A stretch of DNA of 64,000 nt from Neoechinorhynchus agilis (GCA_051530055.1 CM121341.1:4628784-4692783), one strand, 5' to 3'; counted from the first letter of the stretch, positions 1 through 12,265 are shown. Program-made: numbers and translations. The notes: generated by a model not told the origin, from the sequence alone.

Positions 1-114
1 TTCCTTTTCTTCTTGTAGACACGATTGTATTCGTTTGAACATTTTTGAACCTTAATTTAAAAGAATATTCACATTAAAATCTCGTATTTGACGCGTTTTA
101 TCCAAAAAACTTAG

Positions 115-2615
115 ATTCCGATGATGTTAAACGTTTACGAATGGCTAGGAATGAAAGACCATCGAATGGCGATCTTTGTAATGGTAAACTTATCTTTGTT
201 TTATCTTTCCATATCTCAATCACGTTTAAAGGCCTTCCTGGACGTGGTTGGTTGCATCGTTCTTGTTCAATTCGTTCAAAATGCTTCACTCGTTTTGGTA
301 TTTTACCATAGAACGCATTTTCTAATCATTGCTTCACCTTTTTTGTGTAGAAACGTGAAGACGATCTCCTTCAGTCGAAATCAATCACAAAATATCGACC
401 GATCGGACGTGTTTCGAGTAGAAGACTAATGGCTCTTGCGATGTGAGTCTTTTTTTTCTCGATTTCTTCACACTCAATCAGATCAATGTTGAATCCAATG
501 AATATTGGAACCGTCTATGCAAAGTCAACGAGCACGGTTCATTGCTCTTTTTTAGGAAGCTTGACACTCTTTCTGGCCATCAAAGGTTAGTTTACATTTC
601 TACTTTTTTTATAGTTTTGTTACGCTCTCCCGGATTTAAATTTCCGATATTTCATGTGTCGAATAATTCCGATATTTCCTCAAAGGTTTGTCATTGCAAG
701 TTGTTTCGGGATAAAAGTAAAAGTTGTAAAGAAGTCCCCCCCCCGAAAAGAAGGATCATTTTATCTTGAAACAACTTAAAATGACAAACCTTGGGGAAAA
801 TGTCGGAAATTTGCATCCGGGAGCGTAAAAAACTAAGAAAAGTCTCTTTTTCACCCCGAAGACAATAATCCATGTCATTTCTACTTTTTTTTATAGTTTT
901 GCTACGCTCTCCCGGATTTAATTTTCCGATATTTCATGTGTCGAATAATTCCGATATTTCCTCAAAGGTTTGTCATTGCAAGTTGTTTCGGGATAAAAGT
1001 AAAAGTTGTAAAGAAGTCCCCCCCCCGAAAAGAAGGATCATTTTATCTTGAAACAACTTAAAATGACAAACCTTGGGGAAAATGTCGGAAATTTGCATCC
1101 GGGAGCGTAAAAAACTAAGAAAAGTCTCTTTTTCACCCCGAAGACAATAATCCATGTCATTTCTACTTTTTTTTATAGTTTTGCTACGCTCTCCCGGATT
1201 TAATTTTCCGATATTTCATGTGTCGAATAATTCCTATATTTCCTCAAAGGTTTGTCATTGTAAGTTGTTTCGAGATAAGTTTTCCCCGAAATGAAAAATC
1301 GTTTTATCTCGAAACACCTTGGGGAAAATGTCGGAAATTTGCATCCTGGGCGTAAAAAACTAAGAAAAGTCTCTTTTTCACCCCGAAGACAATAATCCAA
1401 GTCACTTCTACTTTATTTTAAGTCTATCTGATGAAGATCCCTTAAAATTAGACATCCTTAAAGTTTAGTCTGATTTCATGAGAACATTAAGGCGTGAGCA
1501 CTTTTATAAGAGCAATGTTACATCGCCGACTAGAAAACAAAGTTTGCTTTAACGAGGCTCAAAATCAGGGTTTTTATACGGAGAAACCTTTTTGATTCAA
1601 TTAATTTAGTCACACATTAGAGGTTGAAAATCGAGTGCTTTTATCTGATGTTGCATCCTCGCTGCTTTGATCATGTTTACAAAATCGTTTGTTCAACATG
1701 CAATTGAATTATGAGCCTTGAGTTCCAACTTCTCCCAACATTTCAGGGTTCACAGTACTATCAATGTTTCCATTGGCTCTACTCACGGTATCACGCGTTT
1801 ATCCAATTGTCCTTCTTCTCCCAATTGCCACAATGTTCAAAACTGGCCAAACTGCCGTTCAAATAATTAGGAGCGTTGGTGCCTTCATGGTTAGTGCTCT
1901 CGTTCTTATACTGATTAATCACTGCAACTCTCTATTGAGTATCTGGAAATTTATGTAAGTACAAGAACTCATTTCAATGACATTCCGTGTCTTTAGTCTC
2001 ACGATTCCTGATCAGACTCCCAATTTGGGTATTTGGTGGTACGTGTTCTGTGAGATGTTCGATCAATATCGGTCATTTTCCTTGATTATTTTTCATTCAA
2101 TCATCCTTGTTTCGCATGTGATTCCACTCTACCTCACACTAAGGTCAATATTGGTTTCCTAAGAAATTCCACAAACTTTCTCAAGGCACTATGATCTAGT
2201 CTATCTTTTCGTCATGCTCATGGTGTCCTCCTTTTTCAATCCTTACCCGTCGTTCGGTCAAATTTCAATCTACGTAAATTCATCAATCATTTGGATACAC
2301 CTTCTAAACGATTCAAATAAATCACATTTCGCTCTGGCCTTAATGACCGGATCAGTCTTCGTCATGCCAATCGTTTATAATGCTTGGATAATGAAAGGAA
2401 CAATGAATGCTAACTTCTACTTTGCAGCAACCGCCACCTTCATGCTCAGTCAGGTCGGCTTTTCTCTCAAAATATTCTTATTTCTTCTAAAAGTATTATT
2501 TAAGGTCCTATTTGTTGTCGATATTGCATTTGCGTCCCTTAAACGTCGGTATCAGATCATCCATGGCTCAGTGGACGAAGACGGTAAAGCGAAGAAAGTT
2601 CTAAAACTATCATAG
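115..2615 (+). CDS. PIGU: GPI transamidase subunit PIG-U, multi-exon (5' end probably upstream of the window); manually spliced
   Basis: Splicing GT-AG introns (e.g. 184-231, ~584-1745, ~1955-1990, ~2145-2187) joins SMLNPMNIGTVYAKSTSTVHCSFLGSLTLFLAIKG|FTVLSMFPLALLTVSRVYP, IPDQTPNLGIWWYVFCEMFDQY, FFNPYPSFG and WIMKGTMNANFYFA. These match PIG-U family motifs as I recall them (LLNP..AKST, TPNIGLxWY..EMF, YPxxGD, GxxNANFFY). Confidence 0.85.
594..1412. repeat. Tandem array of ~2.9 copies of a 282 bp internally palindromic (MITE/foldback-like) unit, inside a PIG-U intron
   Basis: Unit starts at ~594, ~876, ~1158; identical ORFs at 691-873 and 973-1155 are 282 bp apart. Within a unit, agttgtttcgggataaaa pairs with ttttatcttgaaacaact, aggtttgtcatt with aatgacaaacct, and tacgctctcccggat with atccgggagcgta. 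Confidence 0.9.
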
Positions 2616-2910
2616 ACGCGAGAGTGTGCGCTAGAAACTTGTATTTGTGGAATGCCCTTTTTTGTTTCAAATCGTTAATTATTGCAACACAATTCAAAAT
2701 AATAGGCTGGTATATTTCGAAGAAATTGACAAAATATAGTCCGTCCGAATGCCGCAATCGATCCAAAACGCAGTATTGTTGTTAACTTTATTCGTCATTG
2801 TTTTTCAAAACTCCAATATTCAAAAACTTACAAGCATTATCACTTCTGGATATCATCTGATTCCTCTTTTTCGTTCTTACGTGGGAGCTCAATAGAAATA
2901 TTCTTGGTAG

Positions 2911-5495
2911 GACAGCCCAACTACGTATTCGGACCACTCAAATACCGAGGAAACGCCCAACGCTACCGGGACACCAGGCCTAAATTCTGTTCATCAAATC
3001 ACTACTTTGAGACAAGCAATTTCATTTGCACGGCAAACACACGATCCTTATCCGATGTCACGACCTGTTGACGCTGCTATGATACAATTTGACGCAACCA
3101 GCCATGACAGCCCAACTACGTATTGGGACCGAGGAAACGCCCAACGCTACCGGGACACCAGGCCTCTCCAAAGGTATATGTCCCGTTTGTTTAGACTCTT
3201 TTTCAATAACGAAATTGGGAGTTTTGCGCATTCGTGGCCCGTCAAATCACGTTGTGGGGATCTGGTCAAGTCCCGCGATCGCTTCAACCGGCAACACCAG
3301 TAAATCCACCGACGCTCTCCGATGACGCCGGCAGTCCTCCTTCCGCTGCAAATTCAGTTTCCTTGGACACGGCTCTTTGCTTTCCCGAGACTTGCACTTT
3401 CCGCTGGCGACAGTTCGGAGGAGTCCCTCACTGCGGTAATCAAAAAACACCTCGTTTCCTCTGAGGAAAGTTTCTTGAGCTCCCAAACAACGTGCGAATG
3501 AGACTAACTGCCATCGAATCTTCAAAACTCGCTGATGGAGATGTTCGGGAAGTAGTCCGTATTTTGTCCTCCTCTAATACATTTGCAAGTGATTCACCCT
3601 CCACACTTCAGGGTTTAAAGTTGAAGCATCCGCAAAGTTCAACCCAAACAGAAATTCCTACATGTTCCGTCCCTCAAAGACACTCCACTTCGACAGTTTA
3701 ACTGAGAATGACCATATCCTTCTTCGCCAATGGCTCTGGCCATGGCCTCGATGGGAATCATCCTCAGCACCTAAAGGATATGATGTCGTTCTCAGTTGGA
3801 GATGCAGGCCACTTCCTTGCTACCCATCTTTGTCGACTAGTCGACCTTTTCATCGAAGAAAATTTACATCCGCGGGCAACTGAGTTATTTTTTGGCACAT
3901 CTTTGTGCGCTTTGAACAAAAAGACTGGTGGGATTCGTTTTATCGCCGTTGGCTCTGCTCTACGTCGGCTCGCAGGTAAAATCCTTTGCAAGCGTATTGC
4001 AGAAGGGATAGGGCAGCAACTTCGCCCAGTCCAACTGGGATGCTGCACGCCCTGCGGGTCCGAAGCCATTGTCCACGCACTCCGCCACTTCATCACCAAT
4101 AGTTCAACGCCGTGTGTGATTTTGAAGTGCGACTTTACAAATGCCTTCAATTCCATTCACCGTACCGCTCTGTTTGAGCCACTCAAAAGTCACGCACTAG
4201 AAGTTCCCCGATTCCTTTGCTGTTCAACTACCACTTCATTTGAGAGCGAAATCGTCAAAGGATTTAGAAATCTGGCACCCGGTTTAGAATTGATCACTCT
4301 TGACCGGCTGCGTCTTCTAGGGAACTGCGTTTTTGATTCTAATGTGGAAAATGAAATCGACCATCTACTCCCGAACATCACGATGCTGTGCGATTCCTGA
4401 TCAAGGATACCCTCTTCATCCCGAAACTACTGCGTACGGCTTCCTTCTTCAAGCACGTCGATAAGTTAAAGAAGCTCGATGACATTGTGAAGGCGTGTCT
4501 CGAGCACATTTCATATATATCCAGCTATCAGACGAGGCATGGCGACAAGCTTCATTGCCTGTATCGTCCGGTGGCTTGGGTATTCGAAAAACAGTAGATG
4601 TGTCGTTGCCCGCGTTTTTAGGATCATTCGAAGGGATTTGGGATCTGGTTAAACGTATACTGGGACCGAAGTTCTGTTTAGCGGACGAATTTCTAGTAGC
4701 GGTCCAAGAATGGTAGGAGCAAACGGGTTACAACCAAGTTCCCGTGAATGAAGCAGTCTAACGGGGATTAACCTTTAGTCGCCCTAGCTCATAGTTCTCT
4801 AATTTCAGGCTCTCGAGACGAGGTCGACCGGGCTAGATTGTTGGCAGTCTCTACAAGAGAATCAGGAGCATGGTTAGAAGCCCCATTGCATCCATGGGAA
4901 CACTCCTCGTAGACGAAGCAGTTCGGATCGGAGTGTTCCTCAGATTAGGTCTACCGATTTGTGTCGAACATCGTTGCCGGTGTGGAATGATCGTGGATCC
5001 ACTACATGGTCTTGTTTGCAACAAATCAGGGGGTCGTTTCTCTGAACGTCCCAAACATTTTAGAGCCAAGCAATCTGTGCAGGCTGGATGGCAGTCGTCC
5101 GGATGGCGTCACCGTATTCCCGTGACGAGAAGGCAAACGTTTTCTCCTGGACGCCGCGGGTGTAGACACGTTCGCGGCAAGTAACAGGAGGTTTGTGGTG
5201 CAGTCCCCAGAGGGGGCGGCTACTGCCGCGAGGACCACAAGGTGGCCAAATATAGAGAATTAAGTAGGTCTCACGTTTTTGTACCCTTTGGAATGGAGAC
5301 TCTTGGTGCGCTCGGTAGCTCGACACTTAGATTTACGGAGTTATCGAGTAGATTCCAGGCCAAAACAGGAAATACAAGAGCTGGTGCCTTCCTGCGCCAA
5401 GACTGGTCTCGCGATCCAAAGAGGAAATGCAGCGAGTGTGGTCGCGACCACTGAGGGGAAAGCGATGCCTCTTCCTCGTGGACGGTGGTGATTGT
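2911..5495 (+). mobile_element. CRE-clade (RLE-type) non-LTR retrotransposon, decayed, with the RT catalytic core deleted
   Basis: N-terminal CPVCLDSF..LR(I)RG Zn-finger-like motif; GGIRFIAVGSALRRLAGK; QLRPVQLG; KCDFTNAFNSI; RQASLPVSSGGLGIR; LGLPICVEHRCRCG..HGLVC; RLE motifs PFGMETLGALG and LAIQRGNAAS. GVQQGDP and YLDD are absent at ~4220. Multiple frameshifts. Confidence 0.9.
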
Positions 5496-5870
5496 TGAAA
5501 CGTTTTGTCGTTGTGTGTGCAACCGGTGAATGAGAGTATATTTCTAATGCTATTTTGGAGAATGGTGTAGTTGATTGGCAGCTTAGCCGAGTGGTCCCAT
5601 CTACACTGAAATTTCACTCCAATCGATTTGTTTAACGCGATCGATCTTACTATAGAAAGGAAAATTCCATGTTTCCTGGACAATTTCATGGTTTGTACTG
5701 ATTTCCCCCTCGCGAAAGCCAACATATTCCCTTGTTTCATTAAGAATGTATTTCCTAGGTATTTTCTGAGTAAACTCAGAAACTCGCTTATTTCTTTTTA
5801 GAATCATGTTTCGATAATCAAGATCGCTGTAAATAGGTACAATCATTTCGTCTCAAAACGAGTTGACTTT

Positions 5871-6910
5871 GTGAGTCACGGTGTAAAAGTAAACGTTACC
5901 GTAACGTTCGAAGAGATTCTTGAAGCACGCCAAGGCGTTTTATTGTTTCCTTTGGCAAATAATGACTTCAATCAGAGCCTACATCGTGATAACTTCTGTC
6001 ACTTTCCATACAATTCAATTTCTGATGTTCAGCGCATTTTTCTTAAAATACTACATTTCATTGTAAGTCTTGTTTCTTCATTTAAATGCAAGATTATAAT
6101 CCCATTAAAATTTAGTGATGGTCCACTCATCGAACTTTATCGATTTGATACTGATTTTACTCCGTCCGATTTTACACTTATTCTATTCGCTCTCACGATG
6201 TTCGCAAAGGTAAGAATCATTTCTCGAAAAAGAAACATTGATGATCATTTTACTCTCCTTTTTCCTTTAGGTATCAACAACTTCTTCTACTCATTACATT
6301 GATAAAGATGTATCGTCGGTAGCGATGCGAGATATATTGTCTGTATTAATCTTAATACTTTGGTATTTGGCAATTCAACTGCGGGCTTTCTTCGTAAGTC
6401 GAATTTTGCTTAAGATTCTCAAAAAACGAATTCTTAGTTTGTCGCAATTACTTCTGCATCTTATTTTATTGCACTATTGTCTTGCCACAACGAACTTGTT
6501 GCTGCACTATTGTCTTACCAAAACGAACTTGTTGCTTTGTTTGATCGAAGGTACTGCTTTCATTTGGTCTCAATAATCATTGATTATTTTAGCGTCCGTG
6601 GTATATCCTGGAATCAATTAGTGCTGCTCAATGCCAATTCAGGACTTATTGGAATGGCTATAATTCTGTCCGTTTACTCGTTCTCGGCTTGGATGTATTA
6701 TGGGCTCATGTACGATAACGTTTCTTATTTTTGCGCACTTTTCATGCTTATTGTGAGCTGCAATTTATAGTTCTTTTTTATAAATAATTCTAAATTTTTT
6801 AGACAATCGAACTCATGTACTATGATGAAGTCAGACATGGACGAAAGTCGGTTCATATAAAGTGCATTGGATCCTATTTTGTAATTGCGTTCTTTTGCCT
6901 CGGTATGTAA
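5871..6910 (+). CDS. Unknown multi-pass membrane protein, multi-exon, copy 1 (start codon not resolved)
   Basis: Short GT-AG introns (gtaagaatc..cctttag, gtaagtcg..ttcttag, gtactgc..ttttag, gtgagc..ttttag) join hydrophobic exons: FTLILFALTMFAK|VSTTSS..ILSVLILILWYLAIQLRAFF|FVAITSASYFIALL..|..LIGMAIILSVYSFSAWMYYGLMYDNVSYFCALFMLI|TIELMYY. Carries an in-frame 33 bp duplication at ~6472-6537. Confidence 0.55.
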
Positions 6911-7899
6911 AATGGTAGAGAACAATTTAAAATATTATTCGTTGATTGCTTTCTCGTGCAAACTTATAATTTCGGCGATGGATTGATTTGTGTTTAGCGT
7001 TTTCTTCGTAGTTAACGTCTTCCATTTCGTCCATTTACGGACTCAGCAATTGAAATACTTCAAATAATTTAACTAGTAAACTCGTTGCCTCTTAGAAGAA
7101 GATTTGGGACGAAATTTCATCCGTCGGAATCAATAATCCCAATCGGATCCGTGGATTGCACATAATAGTTTCCGATTCTTTAGCTCCCTCTGGTTTAAAT
7201 CGGTCGCGAAAACGTTTATTTTGTTTGAAAAACTGTAACAATTTTTGTTTTAGAACAATTTTTGACCGTATATATTCCGACTGTTGACCGGTACATCGAA
7301 TATGTAACTCTGTTATTATTTTCGCTTATTCACGGAGCCGTAAAGATGTGGATTTGGCGAAGAACACAAAAAGATGAAGTATTAACAGCAATTGTATAAG
7401 CCAAGCGACTTGAGGGTATTGGCTTTTGTAACAATAAACCGATTAATCTTGTGAAACACTACTTAATTTTCCAGTCGCATGATCAAGTTTTGGTTTTAGA
7501 TGGGATAACGAAAAATCTTTATTTCCGATAGCTTTCACCGTCTTACGGCTTCCTCGGAAATCCACAAACACGCGGAGGGATTACGTTGACGTTAGACAAG
7601 CGATCGGATTATCAATGCCGTTCCTCAAATTGTGTTTCAAAGTTAATCAGCTCACTGATTCAAGTTGGTACCGCAAACCGTGCCTTAAATGGATAGTCAT
7701 GAATCGAGATTCCCAATTATCTTTGGGTAATGAAATAAGCAATTTATGCTAAAATGCATTGGTTAACACTGATTTGCTCATTGTCATTAACGGAGAAACG
7801 ATTATCTCTAGACGGAGTGAATGCAATTATCGCGGATAATGGATAGGCAGTTCCAGTAGCGGTGTGATTGAAAAAAAAACGGAACGGTGATGGTTGTGC

Positions 7900-9950
7900 A
7901 TCCCCATGGATCGGATTAAACTCTTCTGCCCTCATTACTCCCTCCACCCAACTTCAGCGTTTAAAACCTCCCCATTTATCCGTCTGGGATAAACGCAATC
8001 ATCACATCCAAAACTTTATAAAATTGTTCAACTCTAACATCCGCACATCCCACCCTGACAACACAAATGACTTTTCCTTGGCCATGTTCTCCTTAACTTC
8101 AATCACAAAATATTTTCTAACTCTCTTAAGAAAATCATTAGGATCTCGAACCGCGGCCCTCCATGGATAACTCCCATCTTGAAACTTCTTCAAAGGCAAG
8201 CTTCTAAGGCCCATCACAATAACTCTCCAGACTTTCCCCGTTTGCAAAAAACACTAACTAACAAAATACTTGTGGCCCACAAAAACTTCCTTTTCTCTAA
8301 AATTCGATCAGGTGGCTACTCAACATGGTGGCGGGCCGTCAAGGACTCTTGGTCTACGCTACCCGTATCCCTTCCTTAATTTGTCCTCTACTGAATTAAA
8401 ACAGGTTCTAGATTCCATCAATCAGAAAATCTGCCCTGACTCAATTTAAAGTCACTGCTCCACATCGGACCGCATCTTTCTGATCCTCCGAATTGCTTAA
8501 AATTAGTTTCAAATGTAGGATTTCATCTCTGAGGCATTCCTTACTGCAGATGTTGTTTCCACGATGCAGAAAGCCTTTGAATATCCATAGTGCATAACTA
8601 TTTGTTTCAGTTGGCTTTACGTAGACCGATGTAGTAATTAGTGTTCCATCTAACCCTAATGCCTGAAAACTGTTAAAGTTATCCTTTTTCAAAAAAAGGA
8701 CATCCAATGCCACTTAATAATTCCGTCCAATAATCCATTCTACCCGCCGCTCTTTCAAAAATCATCGAAAAATGTTTTAAAACTCGCCTTCTCCCACTTC
8801 GCAACAGCAAATTATCGCCTCTACAATTTGGCTTCCGGCCCAAATTTTCTGCAACCGATGCCCGACTTTGCATTTATGGCACGCTCCTTCGAAACCTCGA
8901 CAATGATCCTTCCCACGTCACCCGTCTCATTCAACTGGATTTATCGAATGCTTTCGACTCCGTGGACCATTCACTCCTTCTCCGGGCCCACTTCGATTTT
9001 GGTCTCAACTTGTGGCAGATCCGCTGACTCAAATCTTATCTTCACAATCGGAAACAGTACATTCACTGCCGTTCTACTTCTTCTATCAGCCTATCCCTCA
9101 CCAAAGGCGTTCCTCAAGATGCCGTCCTATCACCACTTCTTTTTAATATTTTCATAGACGACCTTTAGCCTCTCTCCTCTTTCTCGAAGCTTTTCTTATA
9201 TGCCGATGATATCACCCTCATCACCCATTGACCACCCCATCCTTCTTCTCCTTAACCTCCAACGAAATCACCCACATAAACGATTTCTGAACCAATCAGA
9301 AACTCCACATGAATTTCTTTAATGCTCCGAAATGATCCCCTCTCTTCAGAAACCCCACATCATTCCCTGAGCTTCTAAATGACATTCTACGAGTCACCTC
9401 CCACTCAGAATTCTTGGTTTCCAATTTCAATCTAATTTGAAATGGGGCTCATAGATCACAATGTCCCTCAAGGTCACAATACCTTTAAAATTTATCTCTT
9501 CAAACGCATCCGACATTTTGGAATCACTTCACCCGATCTCTACCAATATTACTTCAGCTTTATTTTACCTTCCTTCACCTACGGTTACCCCGTATTTTGC
9601 AACCTGTCCAAATCTCAAATCCGCCGTCTTGAAATTCTTCATAAAAGAGCATCTAAAATTTGCTCCCCATCTCACCGAATGCCTTGATGCTATTTTCGTT
9701 AAACAATCAAAACGTCCATCACCCCTTGAATCACAATTTCTACCATATATCGTCCCATTTTTCTCATGAGCACAACACTCGTAATTTTAATTCGCTTCGT
9801 CATCCTTCGAACTCGAAACTTTCTAAACCTAGGCTCCTTTTTTCCATGCTGCCCAATCTTTTCGGATATCAGAACTTGAAATGAACCTGAGGAAAAACTA
9901 AACCTCGCAAACTCTCCGTAGAACAATAACCACCAATTCGCCCACAAAAA
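7900..9950 (+). mobile_element. Degenerate CR1/L2-like (jockey-group) LINE RT remnant, copy 1
   Basis: Fragmented motifs PWIT.ILK, FRPII.LP..SKIIEK, FRPKFS, DLSNAFDSVDH, GVPQDAVLSP..FNIFIDD, LFLYADDITL, LYQYYFSFILPSFTYGYPVF, LEILHKRASKI. Confidence 0.8.
8472..8670 (-). mobile_element. Penelope-like RT thumb fragment inserted in amplicon copy 1
   Basis: ITTSVYVKPTETNSY..IFKGFLHRGNNICSKECLRDEILHLKLIL resembles PLE TxVYRKPTxT..Y and RAxxICSxxxLxxE. The same sequence occurs at 33820-34014 on the + strand. Confidence 0.7.
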
Positions 9951-10264
9951 CGGACCTTCCAACCGAACCGGAGATTCCCACTGGAACGCACTCCTTTTCC
10001 ACCCCAAAATCGATCAGAACTCGAGTGTTTTTGTGAGGACCCAAAGCTACAGGGCTAATCTTCTTTGTGAATCAACAAATCAGCAAATAAAACGTGTTGT
10101 TCTTACAGAATCCTTGGTAAAGTCCCTTTATTTTGAAGGCCCCATAAAAATTAATCCTCGTTTTAAAAAAACCCAGTTAACGCAGAAAAGTTTTTGTGAA
10201 TATTTTACATAATTGACCTCATAAAGATTAATATATCTTTTCCCCTAAAAACACTTTTTTCAGA

Positions 10265-11216
10265 ATGTCAAAATGGATTGCGTCTTCAATGTGTGTGTTA
10301 TCGATTTGTCTTTTTTTATGGACATTTACAGTTGGCTTATCGGAACGACTTCTTGGAGCTCTTCTGGTATTCGATATATGTTACACCGGTTCATATTTGA
10401 CCGAGAAAGGACTAAGTGTTGATAAACGGAAATTCCCGCTTGGATTTATTCCTCGATTCCAAGTGCTTAGCGTGTTCGTTGCATCTAAACAAAACTTTTG
10501 CCTTCTTGGTGGTCACTTTTAAGAGGACAAAAGAGCTTACGACAACGTGGTTGTATATTTTATTTGTCATAAAAGAAGTTTGGATCCATGAGCACCACGA
10601 ACCTCACCATCAAAGCCATTCTGAGGACACCAAGTTTACCATTTTTAATTTTGTTATTTACATGAGCCACGTTTTGTGTTTAAAAGCGTTCCATCATCGA
10701 GCATTCGCATTCTCGGATCCTTCAGACAAGATCTCTATTCCGCCTGAAGGATTCATAGCATTGGATCATGCGAATTCAAACATTTTTCAAGTAGTTTGGC
10801 CGTTCTCAAAAACGCGCCCGAACGCTTTTTTACTCATGGCGAATCTCATGATGATCTCAATTTTTTTAACGAGCATCGATCGAACTCATAGAAAAGCTCA
10901 CATGCAACTTGTTTTGTTTACTATCATTGTTTGGATAACAATGTATCCGTTCTTTTCACTAACTTCGGGCATTCTACTGCACAAAACTGATCACTTCTTG
11001 AGAAGAGACGTTGACCAAATTCTCTCAAGATTTGGCGATCGCGTCGTGTTCAAGGATAGACAACATTGCTGGACAACGGGATTTGGTGAATACGCCGTTG
11101 TTACTATCAAAGGCTACTGTTATTGTGGTAATCCTAAAGAGATTTCTAGAGAAATCAACAAACAAATATGCGATATTCTACCGTCAGTGGCTGCTGTTTG
11201 TGTTAATCTTGATTAA
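10265..11216 (+). CDS. SLC30A6: Cation diffusion facilitator zinc transporter, ZnT6/SLC30A6-like, copy 1 (intron ~10478-10523)
   Basis: FDICYTG, FPLGFIPRFQVLSVF (cf. YSFGFERLEVLAVF), LFVIKE, TMYPFFSLTSGILLHKT (cf. TMYPMSVYSGKVLLQTT), QHCWTTGFG (cf. EHFWTLGFG); comparisons are from memory. A 46 nt GT-AG intron restores the frame between ORFs 10265 and 10416. Confidence 0.75.
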
Positions 11217-11329
11217 AGTTTTGTCTTCTATCCCAATTTTAAAGCTGTTTTTTGTCTATGTTCCGTGAAGATGATTGGTTCTGACAAAAAAAGTGACTCG
11301 ATTAGAAAAATATAAGCTGTATTTTATTC

Positions 11330-12265
11330 CTAATGAATATTTTCAATATCGAATACACGCCGCGCTCGTCTCATGAAACGATGTTCTAAAATTTCCCCGG
11401 TAGATAATCTTAAACAAGGTGAAAGACTCATGCATTTGTATAGTAAATCGAATAGATCGAGGTCCTCTAACTTTGGGAACTTTATCCTTGCCATCTTGTT
11501 CAGAACAACTTTATCGCTGTTAAATATTGTGCTAATAATTCCGTTTGAAATATACGGTTCACCGTAGACCATCTCGTAGAGAATGCAACCTAAAGCCCAA
11601 ACATCGCATTTCGTTGAGTACATTCCATACGGCTTAATAATCGAATATTCAAAATCGAAATACAATCCAAAAAGAAAGAATATTCGATATCTATGAGCCA
11701 GAACTTCTGGGCTTACATAGGGCAACGTTCCCCTGTAATAATTAAAACTCGGTTGCGGTTTAACAGTAATCGAGTACCCGAAATCGATTAATTTCACATT
11801 TCCGTCGTTTCCAAACACAAAGTTCTCGGGTTTTATGTCCGCATGAATGATATCTCGTTCGTGCACCTCATTGACTGCCAAAACCATTGAATACCATAAG
11901 CTCATGTTCAATCTAAATCCACGACGACTCAATGAGTGTTTATAAAGGTTTTCATTGCAAAGTTCCATAACTAATCGAGCGCGTTTTTCGTCCATGTTGA
12001 GTTCATAATCGTATAAACGAGCAACTCTCGGACAATCACTGAGCTTTATGTAGGACCCAATCTCAGCCATGGATTGTGCGAAACATATCGTGGATTTCAA
12101 TGGGTTTGTTTCATTGAATGAACTTTCTTTTAATGCGACTGGCTCGTTCGTTTGTGATAAAATGCCGCGGTAGACCTTGTTACGGGATCTTCGGCCAAGT
12201 CTTCCTTTTAGACAAATCTTATGACCGTTCACGAACACTGATGAATGGTTCCATAACGAAAACAT
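11330..12265 (-). CDS. Protein kinase, Mps1/TTK-like catalytic domain only, copy 1
   Basis: VALK, RLYDYE, W..M..AV..VH..IIHADIKPENF (non-RD), KLIDFG, GTLPYVSPE followed by an insert, DVWALGCILYEMVYG, IKFP. This combination is characteristic of TTK/Mps1. Confidence 0.85.
   Translation of the reverse strand: MFSLWNHSSVFVNGHKICLKGRLGRRSRNKVYRGILSQTNEPVALKESSFNETNPLKSTICFAQSMAEIGSYIKLSDCPRVARLYDYELNMDEKRARLVMELCNENLYKHSLSRRGFRLNMSLWYSMVLAVNEVHERDIIHADIKPENFVFGNDGNVKLIDFGYSITVKPQPSFNYYRGTLPYVSPEVLAHRYRIFFLFGLYFDFEYSIIKPYGMYSTKCDVWALGCILYEMVYGEPYISNGIISTIFNSDKVVLNKMARIKFPKLEDLDLFDLLYKCMSLSPCLRLSTGEILEHRFMRRARRVFDIENIH

Noticed and set aside
1425-1460. CUGAUGA-A-GAUCCC hammerhead start
   Set aside because: No stem II partner or GAAA follows.
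5495-5560. Shared target site for the two CRE elements
   Set aside because: Their 3' flanks show no similarity and no spliced-leader or other repeat target is recognisable.
7095-7390. Hammerhead-like GGGAC-GAAA-UUUCAUC with a distant GAUGAAGUA in amplicon segment c
   Set aside because: No CUGANGA strand with matching stems was found, and the partner is mutated in copy 2.
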